A stretch of DNA of 64,000 nt from Octopus vulgaris (lineage: Eukaryota). This document shows, in pieces, positions 26,178 through 38,160 of this stretch. Location of the stretch: the NCBI GenBank assembly GCA_951406725.2, contig OX597837.1:27156001-27220000 (forward strand), read 5' to 3'. How positions within the stretch are numbered: position 1 is the stretch's first letter; each line of letters opens with the position of its first letter. Position numbers and translations under genes: made by a program. A model generated the notes under the pieces. That model was not told the DNA's origin. It saw only the letters and a program-made list of their open reading frames with translations, and ran no database searches.

Positions 26178-26582
26178 AGGCGGCGAATGTTAGCACGTTC
26201 GGTGAAATGCTTAACGGTATTTTGTCTGCTGCTACGTTCTGAGGTCAAATTCCGCCGAGGTCAACTTAGCCTTTCATCCTTTCAGGGTCGATAAATTAAG
26301 TACCAGTTACGCACTGGGATTGATATAATCGACTTAATCCCTTTGTCTGTCCTTGTTTGTCCCCTCTATGTTTAGCCCCTTGTGGGTAGTAAAGAAATAG
26401 GTATTTCGTCTGCTGTTACGTTCTGAGATCAAATTCCGCCAAGGTCGACTTTGCCTTTCATCCTTTCAGGGTCGACAAATTAAGTACCAGTTACACACTG
26501 GGATTGATATAATAGACTTAAACCCTTTGTCTGTTCTTGTTTGTCCCCTCTGTGATTAGCCCCTTGTGGGCAATAAGGAAAT
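26178..26582 (+). mobile_element. SINE family B tandem partial duplicate between two family A fragments
   Basis: Same head-plus-duplicated-body layout as 4563-4978. Confidence 0.82.
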
Positions 26583-26666
26583 AATACACACAGACACATA
26601 AATATATTATATAACGCCTTATGAGTGGATTTAGTAGATGGAAACTGAAAGAAGCCCATCGTATAC

Positions 26667-26698
<32 letters not shown>

Positions 26699-26999
26699 AT
26701 CTGTGTCTCTTCCCCAACCATTGCTTGACAATTGGTGTTGGTGTGTTTACACCCCCTTAACTTAGCAATTCACCAAAAGTGACCAATAGAATAAGTATTA
26801 GGCTTTACACAAAAAAAAAGTCCTGGTGTTGATTTGTTCAACTAAAATTCCTCGAGGTGGTGCCCCAGCATGGCCACAGCCTGATCGAAACAAAAGATAA
26901 ATTCTTAATGTTTTTTGCATCAACTCTTCTTCCATTTTGCTGCCTCTCCCATTGCTCTCCTTTTCTCGCTCATACACTGCATTCTTCTTCTCCTCTCTC

Positions 27000-27234
27000 T
27001 TTTACTCTTACTTGTTGCAGTCATTTGACTGCGGCCATGCTGGAGCACCGCCTTTAGTCGAGCAAATCAACCCCAGGACTTATTTATTGTAAGCTTAGTA
27101 CTTATTCACTGTAAGCCTAGTACTTATTCTATCGGGCTCCTTTTACCGAACCGCTAGGTTACGGGGACGTAAACACACCACCATCGGTTGTCAAGCGATG
27201 TTGGGTGGGGACAAACACAGACACACAAACATAT

Positions 27235-27288
<54 letters not shown>

Positions 27289-27445
27289 GACGGGCTTCTT
27301 TCAGTTTCCGTCTACCAAATCCACTCACAAGGCTTTGGTCAGCCTGAGGCTAAAGTAGAAGGCATTTGCCCAAGGTGCCATGCAGTGGGACTGAACCCGG
27401 AACCATGTGGCTCGTAAGCAAGCAACTTACCACGCAGCCACTCCA
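27000..27445 (-). mobile_element. SINE family A copy
   Basis: Reverse-complement match to family A. Confidence 0.88.
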
Positions 27446-27810
27446 ATGCCTCTATATTCTTTTTTTTTTTCTTTTACATGTTTCAATCACTATACGACCA
27501 TGCTGGGGCACTGCCTCAGCTCTTTCAAGTATTGGCCATGCTGGAGCTTCTCTTGCCATTATTTTTATCATGGTATTCTATAACCCCATTTTTCACCTGA
27601 TCAAAAGTGCTGCAGCCATTACTACCGTCTTTTTGCATATCTAGAAATCCAAGATGTCTTTTTTTTTTTCAAGGCACTAAGGTAAAGATTTGACAGGACT
27701 TAACTGCTATTTCTAGCGGGTTGAATGACGACAGACTTTTGCTAATTGGCTAATCATAAATTCGCTTCTTCGTTCATGTCACCAACACACATAATCATAA
27801 ATACAATCAA

Positions 27811-28140
27811 AGAGTGGCTGTGTGGTAAGTAGCTTGCTAACCAACCACATGGTTCTGGGTTCAGTCCCACTGTGTGGCATCTTGGGCAAGTGTCTTCTGC
27901 TATAGCCCCGGGCCGACCAATGCCTTGTGAGTGTATTTGGTAGACGGAAACTGAAAGAAGCCTGTCGTATATATGTATATATATATATGTATGTGTGTTT
28001 GTGTGTCTGTGTTTGTCTCCTTAGCATTGCTTGACAACCGATGCTGGTGTGTTTACGTCCCCGTCACTTAGCGGTTCGGCAAAAGAGACCGATAGAATAA
28101 GTACTGGGCTTACTGAAACAAGTAAAAGAGTAAAGAGTAA
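27811..28140 (+). mobile_element. SINE family A copy with internal deletion near the tail
   Basis: Match to family A; CTGGGCTTAC jumps directly to TGAAACAAG. Confidence 0.88.
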
Positions 28141-28471
28141 GATCAACAGGAACATACACTTAAGCCCCAAATACACACAATCTCTTTCTCACACACACAA
28201 AACAAAATGAACTAAAGAGGGAGCCTGCATGTTGCAGATCAACCTGCTAGAAATAGCACCTAAATATCTCTCTCAAAGCACACACTGTCTTAGGATGAAA
28301 AAATAAAATAGGACACACTGAATAATGTAGTCCTAGATACACTATTCCTGAAAAATAGACAGGACTGTGATAGATGGAACACTTTAATTGGAGATCAGAT
28401 CAGATCGGTGTGTGGTGACCCGTTGGGAGCAGGGTCAAACAACAATAAGAAAAAACAACCAAAAAGCTCAC

Positions 28472-28564
28472 CTGTAAAGCTCGTCCCATTTTCTTCGCAG
28501 GTTTTGCAGGTGAGAGTAGGTTGGCCAAGGAAGAGACTCTCAGCATAGAGCGATGCTTCTTGTT
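28472..28564 (-). CDS. NET1: NET1/ARHGEF3-like RhoGEF exon (NKKHRSMLRVSSLANLLSPAKPAKKMGRALQ)
   Basis: aatttcag acceptor, gtgagc donor, 93 nt, phase 0/0. Matches the NET1/ARHGEF3 motif NKRVRPLARVTSLANLISP...FGQTIQ. Confidence 0.93.
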
Positions 28565-29121
28565 CTGAAATTCAATTTATATTAAAAACAAATTAAACAA
28601 ATCAAGAAAAATAAAAGCTCAAGCTTAAAATAGAATTAATTAGGAGAGTAATAATTAATGAGAAAAATAAGAAAAAAGAAAACCATGCTCACGATATCTC
28701 TCATTAGATCACCTGACTGAAAACAGGTACCAACAGTCAATACAGGTGACCATCCTCATCACCATTTTAAATACGCTTTACTCTCTTTTACTCTTACTTG
28801 TTTATAATTAGAAGGACATTGTAGGGTAGGTGTGAGAAGCTAGATGTGGCCAGTTTGAATATAAAATATGTAGAATATTTCGACTGCATATACGGCTGGT
28901 TTAAATACTAAAGGGTTAAGGTAGAAGAAATTGGGGGGAAAATTTGGTTGCTATTTCTAGCAGGTCGAGTGACTACATAGAGGCTTCCTCATTAGGCCTC
29001 TATGAATAGATAGAGTTTCCCACCGCAAACGAGTTTTAACTAATTCTTGATGCTTTAGTAACACAAATAGTTTTCGTTGTTGTAAACAGTAGAGGCAATG
29101 TGCGATGTAACATGATGCAGA

Positions 29122-29705
29122 CATGGCCATGTGGCGAGATGCTTGCTTCCCAACCACATGGTTCTGGGTTCAGTCCCACTGCATGACACTTTGGACGTGT
29201 GTCTTCTACTATAGCCTCAGGCTGACCAAAATCCATCATATATGTCTGTGTGTGTGTGTGTGAGTGTTTGTGTTCGTCCCCCACCATCGCTTGACAACCG
29301 GTGTTTGTGTGTTTATGTCCTCGTAACTTAGCTGTTTGGCAAAAGATCTGATAGAATAAGTACCAGGCTTAACAAAAAAAAAAAAATAAGTCCTGGGGTC
29401 AATTAGTTTGACTGAAATTCCTCAAGGTGGTGCCCCAGCATGGCCACAGCCTAATAAGTAAACAATAAAAGATAAAAGGTGTGTGTGTGTCTCTCTCTTT
29501 GTATGTGTTTGTCCCCCACCACTGCTTAACTGGTGTTGGTATGTTTACATCCCTGTAACTTAGCAGGGAGATTCAGTAGGACACAGCTGGCCCTTTGGAT
29601 ACCAGGCTTAACAAAAGAATAAGTCCTGTGATTGATTCTTTCAACTAAAAATTCAAGGTGGTGCCACAGCATGGCCACAGTCTGATGACAGAGACAAGTA
29701 AAAAA
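29122..29705 (+). mobile_element. Diverged SINE family A copy plus tandem 3' fragment
   Basis: Degenerate head and two tail modules. Confidence 0.75.
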
Positions 29706-31499
29706 GGTTGGCTTGCAAGGCTGGCTTTGTAGGGCTTCGACCAACTTGGAAAAAGTATTCAATAGGAACACAGTCAATATTTTCAAATAATAATCAATCA
29801 GTGAGGTAAACTTTGAACTATTGAAATTCAGGCTTCCGATCTGATTGCTAACTGCGTTTGATAACTATATGTGGTACATTTGAACAGCGTCTCCTCTAAC
29901 ATAAATCAAAATCTTCCATTGACAGATACCAAAGTTAGCACCAGAGAGATGAATAACTTGAACTAAAGAACCGGGCAAGTTTTTTTTAAAGACAATACTT
30001 ATCGATCCTGCAACGGAAAATGGTTTATTGTTGCAAGTGGCAGGAACACCATGTAATTAAAACAAGTATTTTATTGGTCTGATCTGGAACCGAGTTTCAA
30101 AACTTCCTGTAGATGAAACGCATGCCTGGCTCTCCATCAATTATTGATTCCAATTGATCTGATCAACCAAACATCCTGCTCCTGAAATTAATGTGCAAGT
30201 GGCTGAGCACTCCACAGACACGTGTACCCTTAACCCTTTCGCATTCAGATTACTCCGTCAAACATAATGCTTAATTATTCAAATTGGTTTGAATTAATCA
30301 TGCATTACATCACAGCTTTGAGATTTCAATGATGTGATTCTATATTTTGAAATTGGCATTGTATAGTAAAGTGTGAGAGGCCAAATAAGACCAGTTTACT
30401 CTTTTACTCGTTTCAGTGATTTGACTGTGGCCATGCTGGAGTACCGCCTTTAGTCGGGCAAATCGACCCCAGGATTTATTCTTTGTAAGCCTAGTACTTA
30501 TTCTATCGGTCTCTTTTGCCAAACCGTTCTGAGTTCAAATTCCGCCAAAGTGAACTTTGCCTTTCATCCTTTCAGGGTCGATTAAATAAGTACCAGTTAT
30601 GCACTGGGGTCGATATAATCGACTTAATCCATTTGTCTAACCTTGTTTGTCCACTCTCTGTGTAGCCCCTTGTGGGCAGTAAAGAAACAAGAAATATATA
30701 AAAGAGAAGAAATGGAACTTTCAAATTTCAGAAAGCACAGGTGTATCATGGTTGAACTATTATTCCTCACTTAGATAACGAGGTGCATTCTCAGGTGCCT
30801 AAAACGATAAACACTGAATCGATTCAACAATCTGATGTAAATATGTTTTCGAGAACAGGTTGTGGTTTATGAATTGATTCCCGTTTTGAGATTGAACAAA
30901 GAACAAGGACTTGTGTGTCGAAAAACCAATTACCATATCACTGACTCACCTGTATTTGTAATAACTTTATTGCAGGTAAAAAAAAACATATTTATGCATG
31001 GCTGGATGTGGTAGTGGTGTGTGGAGTAGAAGGAACCTCAGAATACAATAACCAAAGAGTTTAAGTAGTTATGGAGGTGGGATACAATAAAAGTACAAAC
31101 TAATATGATGGAAAAAAGGAAAATAAAAATTTTAAAAAAAAAACACCTGAAATCAAAAACCACTGAAACCAACCGCCAGATTCTCTCTCCATCCCAAAAT
31201 CCTGAAACTACACTTGTTCCCATGTTACCAAAACACCCCTTGCCCATATGCTGCTAATCAACCCAAACCACTTCTAATTATGTATTGGCGTTTAGATTAA
31301 AATATTACTCCAAATATTCTACTAAGATTAATTATATAATAATAGGAAAGGTTATTATATATAAAGTTTTGGGCAAGTAGAACCATTAACATGCCAGACA
31401 AAATTCTTTGCAACATTTCTTCCAACTTTACATCCTGAGTTCACATTTTGCCAAGATTGACTTTGCCTTTCATCCATCCATTCAGGGATGATAAAATAC

Positions 31500-32205
31500 C
31501 TATTTCTTTATTACCCACAAGGGACTTAACATTGAGGGGACAAACAAGGACAGACATAGGTATGTTGTTGATTACATCAACCCCAGTGCGTAACTGGTAC
31601 TTAATTTATCGACCCCGAAAGGATGAAAGGTAAAGTCGACCTTGGCAGAATTTGAACTCACAACGTAATAACAGACGAAATACCGCTAAGCATTTCGCCT
31701 GGCGTGCTAACGTTTCTGCCAGCTTGCCGCCAAATGATAAAATACCAGCTGGATACTAGGGTCAGTGTAATCAACTTACTGCTCCCCTCAAATTTCAGGA
31801 CTTGTGACTATATCAGAAAGGATTTGCCGAGGTCAACTTTGCCTTTCATCCGTTCAGGGTCGATAAATTAAGTACCAATTACACACTGGGGTCGATGTAA
31901 TCAACTTAATCCGTTTGTCCCCCAAAATTTCGGGCCTTGTGTCTAGAGTAGAAAAGATTATTATTATTAAGGTGGTGAACCGGTATCATTGTTAGCACAC
32001 CGAGCAAAATGGTTAGTGGCATTTCATCTCTCCTTATGTTCTGAGTTCAAATTCCACTGAGGTCAACTTTGCCTTTCATCCTTTCGGGGTCGATAAATTA
32101 AGTACCAGTTATGCACTGGGGGTCGATGTAATCGACTTAATCCTTTTGTCTGTCTTTGTTTGTCCCCTCTATGTTTAGCCCCTTGTGGGCAAATAAAGAA
32201 ATAAG
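31500..32205. mobile_element. Cluster of SINE family B copies in both orientations
   Basis: Minus copy at 31500-31732, plus copies at ~31823-31960 and 31970-32205. Confidence 0.82.
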
Positions 32206-33821
32206 AAGTGTTAAGTCTTGTTTTCTTGGTAGAGAGGACTGACCTGTGAGGGTACCACATAAAAAGCACTCGTGGTGGTGCTACATAAAAGTACCTGTGC
32301 AGTGTCATGTAAAAGCCCCTGTGAGGCACCATATAAAAGCACCTGTGCAGTGCCAGATGAAAGCACTTGTGAAGTGCCATGTAAAACCATCCAGCCCACT
32401 CTGTAAAGCGGTTGGTGTTAGGAAGGGCATCCAGCCATAGTAACCAAGCCAAATCAGACTGGAGCCTGGTATGGCTCTCTGGCTTGCCAGCTCTAGTCAA
32501 ACCTTCCCACCCATGCCAGCATGGGCAAGGGACATTAAATTATGAGCATGACCCATGGGGCATGTAGTCAAATGCCTACATCCATTTGGCCACCTCAACA
32601 TGACAATGGAGTTAATGGACAAAAACAAAGAAGAACAGGTGTGAGGAGGGGGTAAGGAAAAGAAGAGCAAAAATGACAAGTGCTTCATTATCGATAAATA
32701 CAATTGATTAGCGAGAGCTGATTAACAGGAACAGATATAGAATCCAAGGGGCTTTGAACGAGTGAGACAATACAATACTGGCAACCACCAAAGGAAAATG
32801 AAGTGGAGTGAAAAAACAGAGGGCAAGACATGGGAAGGAGAGTAGCAAGGATGGGGATCGGGTAGCATTTTTATAATTAATTAGTTCCACTGTTTTCGCT
32901 TTGTTCTTCCTTAACTTATCAACGTCAGCTTAGTGTTCCAAGTCATCCATTGAATATTTATTACGGCCTAATGCTTATCGGAGCAATACTTGAAACGGCT
33001 GGACACAGATAAAGGAGAGCATCATTAAAAATAGAAAGCAAGAGATAAAATGCCACACACACAGACACACACATACATACATACATACAAAATGTATAAA
33101 GAAGGGAATTGCTCTTATGTAAATGATCAAGAGGTGTTTAGTACATTTAATGAGTGATGGTAAGCTGATAGATTCTCTAAGTAGAAAGGTCACAAAAATT
33201 TACTTAGTTAGAGAGAAATATAGATTTATTAATTATTTATGCTGTTAATGTAAGTCAGCTGAACTGGTAGAAGGTTAGAGATATAATGGCCTGCTGCTTT
33301 TACTTTCATTGCAACATCAGGAGTTCAAATTCTGAAAAGGTCCAAATTTGCACTGTGCCTCCTTTGGGCTGATAAAAACAAACTGATACAATTTCTTTCT
33401 AATTTTTGGCACAAGGCCAGCAATTTTAAGGCAAGTGGGAAACTGATTATATTAACCTTTTAACATTCAAACCAGCAGAAGACCAAAGAAGACACAGGAC
33501 AATATAATGCAGTTAGAACTGAGGATCTGTGGGTTCAACATATAGACGGGTAATGTGGAGAGATGATAGGCCCCTCCCCTCCCATTTCAGACATATCTCT
33601 GTCAAGCAGGTATGAACAAAATGGACTTTAAAATGATGATGATCACCATAATTATCATCATTATTGTGACAAGAAAACAAAAATTTACAGAGATGATGAG
33701 ACTTAATTTTTAATCTAGAAACCCATGTCAAACTTTTAAGAAAAAAAAAAAAAAAGACAGAGAAACAGATAATTGGCTTCAAATTTTGGCACAAGGCCAG
33801 CAAGTTTCAGGAAGAGATTAA

Positions 33822-34040
33822 CCCTTTAGTGTTCTGATTATTCTATCAAACATAATGCCTATTGATTCCCATTGATTTGAATTAATCATGCATTTTCTCA
33901 TATCTTCAAGATCTTGATGGTGTAATTACTTAATGTAGAATAACATTGTAGGGTAGGTGTGAGAGCCTGGATCTGGTCAGTTTGAACATAAAACAGATTA
34001 ACTATTTTGGCCGGATATGGCCGGTTTAAATACTAAAGGG
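33822..34040. mobile_element. piggyBac-type MITE family P1
   Basis: TTAA TSD, CCCTTTAGT/ACTAAAGGG TIRs; inserted into a family B-like SINE fragment. Confidence 0.9.
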
Positions 34041-34756
34041 TTAAGTCAATTGCATCGACCCCAGTGTTCAACTGGTTCTTATTTTATCGACTCCAAAAAG
34101 GATGAAAGGCAAAGTCAACCTCAGCAGAATTAGAACTCAGAACGTAAAGACAGCCAAAATGCTACTAAGCATCCTGCTCAGTGTGCTAACGATTAAGGGC
34201 CCCTGAAAAAATTTTGCTTTAGATGTTATAGCAAGACACCTGTTTCTGCAATTCTAGTTTGTTATATATATTTATGACAATGATGTTGAGTAGAATGGCC
34301 TGGAAAGCATGAGTTTATGAAAGGACAGTCTTAACCATACAATCGGGTCTGTACCTACATTAAACTAAATTTCAAATGATTTAAACAATGTAATCCTCAT
34401 CACTTAAAGTCCGTTTTCCATGCTGGTATGGGTTTATATAATCTAATGGGAGAGTTGTGCAATGTGGGTCCTATATGCCTAGCTTTCCAATTGTCTATTT
34501 TGAGACATATTTATGATCAGGAAAAGACATTTTTTTAAATGTTATCAAAAAATGTTGACCAATCCCAGATGAACCAACTTCACAGCAGGAGGTGCAGATG
34601 AGGGCAGCTGCATCGAACTCTCTCATGCACCAAATGTCAATTGCTAAAAAGCATTCGTGAAGTAAAATCATGTAGCAACACCGAATGGCGGTGCCCCAGC
34701 ATGGCCCCACAGCTCATGAGCTGAAACTAGATGAAATGAAATCCTCAAAATCCTCA

Positions 34757-34985
34757 TTTTGGAATACACAAGCCAACTATGTACTCTTCTTGGAGTACAC
34801 AGCTAGCTGATTGTGTATTCCACTTTGGAGGACACAACTGATTGTATACTCCATTTTGGAGTACATAAATAGTTGATTGTGTACTCCCTGCTTTGGAGTA
34901 CATAATCATCTGAATGTATACTCCCTGCTTTAGAGTACACAACTAGCTACTAGCTAACTGTGCACTCCCCTTTTTGGAGTACAGC
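34757..34985. repeat. Array of ~6 palindromic units (TTGGAGTACA...GTGTACTCC) with variable cores
   Basis: Seen directly; the period is about 31-44 bp. Confidence 0.8.
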
Positions 34986-35281
34986 ACAAGCAGAAATATC
35001 TCCATTTGTGACATTTTGTTTCAAAATATTTTTCTGGATTTCGTTACTGTATTTATTTTGAGATGCTCTGTATTTCTTTCAATTATTTTAAATATAACAA
35101 AGATATTTAGTAAAATAACTTATTTATCATTGAGCTGGTGTTAGGAACATAAATTGTGACTAAGATTTGGTGGAAGATTTTAATTCAAAACTTTTGAAAA
35201 CAAGACATTTGTACTACAGAGCCAGAGGCAGTTTTGGCTGGGTGGGTATAAAAAGGGTGAAAAATATCATGGTGACTTTAA

Positions 35282-35501
35282 CCCTTTTGTTACCCTATTT
35301 CTGTTGAGATGCTCTGTGATTTTTTCAATTACTTTAAATATAACAAAGAATTTAGTAAAATAACTTAGTTACCATTCAGCTAGTGTTAGGAACATAAATT
35401 GGGACTAAGGTCTGGTGGAAGATTTTAATTCAAAACTTATGAAAATGAGAATTTGTACTACAGAGCCAGAGCCGGTTTCAGCCGGGTTGGTATCAAAAGG
35501 G
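35282..35501. mobile_element. piggyBac-type MITE family P2 (CCCTTTTGTTAC...GTA(A/T)C(G/A)AAAGGG)
   Basis: TTAA TSD and TIRs. A second degenerate copy lies immediately upstream (~35040-35258); further copies at 45201-45843, 47139-47606, 50732-50951 and 54678-54898. Confidence 0.88.
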
Positions 35502-35865
35502 TTAAAGGAGATTTGTGATTTGGATTTTAGGATTAGGGTACAGAGCTTACTGTTACAGTTACACAGAGAAGGGAACTAATTTAAAATAACTGAGTATGTC
35601 CTATGCTTAAAACAGAACCCTCAACCAAAAGTACAGAATATAAACATATGAGAGTAAAACGCTTGATTCTCCACTCAACCTAATATTATGTTTCCTTTCA
35701 TTGTGAGTTGTTGAAACGCAAGCAATTAAAAACAAAAATTATATATAACAGATAAATACAATGTACTAGAAATGATTTATACAGAATTATCAGGATTTAA
35801 TCAAACTAATTAGCCAATGATTGAGTGCTTTATCTACCAGACAATATTAGATATGTTTCTAGGGC

Positions 35866-35900
<35 letters not shown>

Positions 35901-36041
35901 GATAGATAGATAGATAGATATCATCATCATCGTTTAACGTCCGTTTTCCGCGCTAGCACAGGTTGGACACTATATATATATATATATATATATATTGATA
36001 GATAGATAGATAGGTAGATAGATAGGTATATATATAGATAT

Positions 36042-36076
<35 letters not shown>

Positions 36077-36151
36077 TCATCATCATTGTTTAACGTCCGT
36101 TTTCCGCGCTAGCACGGGTTGGACACTATCTATATATATATATAGATAGGT

Positions 36152-36185
<34 letters not shown>

Positions 36186-37323
36186 GGATATGCACACATA
36201 CACATAAATGTATGTGTGCATGCGTACAAAAGAGAGAATCATTTTAATACCACCTTCTACCACAATCAGTCTTTGATTTTTGGTTTAATCGCTTCTTTGA
36301 GAAAGAGAGTGAAGATGGGAGAAGGGGGATGGAAGAAAGAGAGAGAGATTAAAGCTGGAAAGAGACAGTAAAATTTAGAGAAAGTGAAACCATACAAAAA
36401 GAGAGAGAGATGACGGTGGGGGGAAAAGTGGGGGAAGTTAGAGTGACCGAGAAGCGAGTGGTTTAGGAAATTAGATTAATAGATGAGGTCAAATCAATAG
36501 GTATTGAGGAAAAGATAAATCAATAAAAACCGAAACACAGAGAGAGAGAAAGAGAGCAGTTCCAGTTGGTCAGAGCTCTTAAAGAACTATGAAGAATATC
36601 GATTTCTTCCAGGGACACCAGACTCCATAAATGAGGTGAGGGAGGAGGGGGGTGCAGGGGGGAGATTTACTGTGCAGTGTTTTATGCTGCACCAAAAACT
36701 AATTAAGGATTTCTCACATTAGATAATTAAGAATTTTTTTGGCTTTTTCTGATTTTCCTATGTGCAGCGAAATAATTATAATAATCACTGACATCAGCTT
36801 TAAGGGCCCCAGATTTTGCTGTGGGGGGGGGGGGGGTTATCATCAACCTGAGTGGGGGGAGAATAAAAGCAAATGGGGGTACAAGATCAATAATTTATGG
36901 GCGAAGCAGAAAGACAGTGCAGTTGACTCTCCTGTACCTAGCAGTAATTACCTGGGTGGGGGGTGGGGGTTATTTCATCGAACAAGAAAGCAAAATAACC
37001 AAGTTCAACCATGGCAAGATTTGAACTCGCAACGTGTAGGGATTCAACTAACGTTTTAGTCCAACAACACTATATAAATTCTGCCATTCCACCGCAAGAA
37101 TAACAATGATGTCATCGAGACACATGATTCAAACAAATGGGTCACAATTAACCGTTTCGTTAGCATAATTCTGGTGAAATGCACTGCCTTTGTAGTCAAT
37201 TATGAAAATAATTAAGTATTTAGGAAAATGATTTTGTCGTTATTAAGCTAGTGCTTAGAATAAATAAACATTGAATTTTTGATACAAGGTTTAAAATTAA
37301 CCCTCTAGCATTTAAACTGGCCG

Positions 37324-37476
37324 TAGGAGTGGCTGTGAGGTAAGTAGCTTGCTTACGAACAACATGGTTCCGGGTTCGGTCCCACTGCGTGGCACCTTGG
37401 GCAAGTGTCTGCTGCTACAGCCTCGGGCCGACCAAAGCCTTGTGAGTGGATTTGGTAGACGGAAACTGAAAGAAGC

Positions 37477-37539
<63 letters not shown>

Positions 37540-37728
37540 TCCCACCACCAACATCACTTGACAACCGATGCTGGTGTGTTTACGTCCCCGTAACTTAGCG
37601 GTGCAGCAGAAGAGAACGATAGAATAAGTACTAGGCTTACAAAGAATAAGTCCTGGGGTCGATTTGCTCGACTAAAAGGCAGTGCTCTAGCATGGCCACA
37701 GTCAAATGACTGAAACAAGTAAGAGAGT
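37324..37728 (+). mobile_element. SINE family A copy nested in a P1 MITE fragment
   Basis: Match to family A; flanks read CCCTCTAGCATTTAAACTGGCC ... ATCCAGCCGAAATATTC. Confidence 0.85.
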
Positions 37729-37821
37729 ATCCAGCCGAAATATTCCGCCTGTTTTATGTTCAAACCAGCTAGATCCAAGTTCCTCACACCTACCCTATAA
37801 TATCAGACTAAATATATACAC

Positions 37822-38160
37822 GTGAAGGCACGTGGCTCAGTGGTTAGAGTGTCGAGCTTACGATCGTGAGGTTGTGAGCTCGAATCCCGGACCGGGCTGC
37901 GTGTTGTGTTCTTGAGCAAGACACTTTATTTCACGTTGCTCCAGTTCACTCAGCTGTAGAAATGAGTTGCGACGTCACAGGTGCCAAGCTGTATCGGCCC
38001 CTTTGCCTTTCCCTTGGACGACATCGGTGACGTGGAGAGGGGAGGCCGGTAAGCATGGGCGACTGCTGGTCTTCCATAAAACAACCTTGCCCAGACTTGT
38101 GCCTCAGAGGGTAACTCTCTAGGTGCAAACCCGTGGTCAGTGTCTGACCGAAGGGGGTCA
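37822..38160 (+). mobile_element. tRNA-derived SINE family E (single copy in window)
   Basis: tRNA-like head GGCACGTGGCTCAGTGGTTAGAGTG...GAGCTCGAATCCC, then GTGTTCTTGAGCAAGACACTT and CACTCAGCTGTAGAAATGAGT motifs typical of SINE central domains. Confidence 0.78.

Noticed and set aside
34757-34985. CRISPR array interpretation of the palindromic repeat cluster
   Set aside because: Eukaryotic intron, no cas genes, and the variable parts are short, related to each other and lie inside the palindromes.
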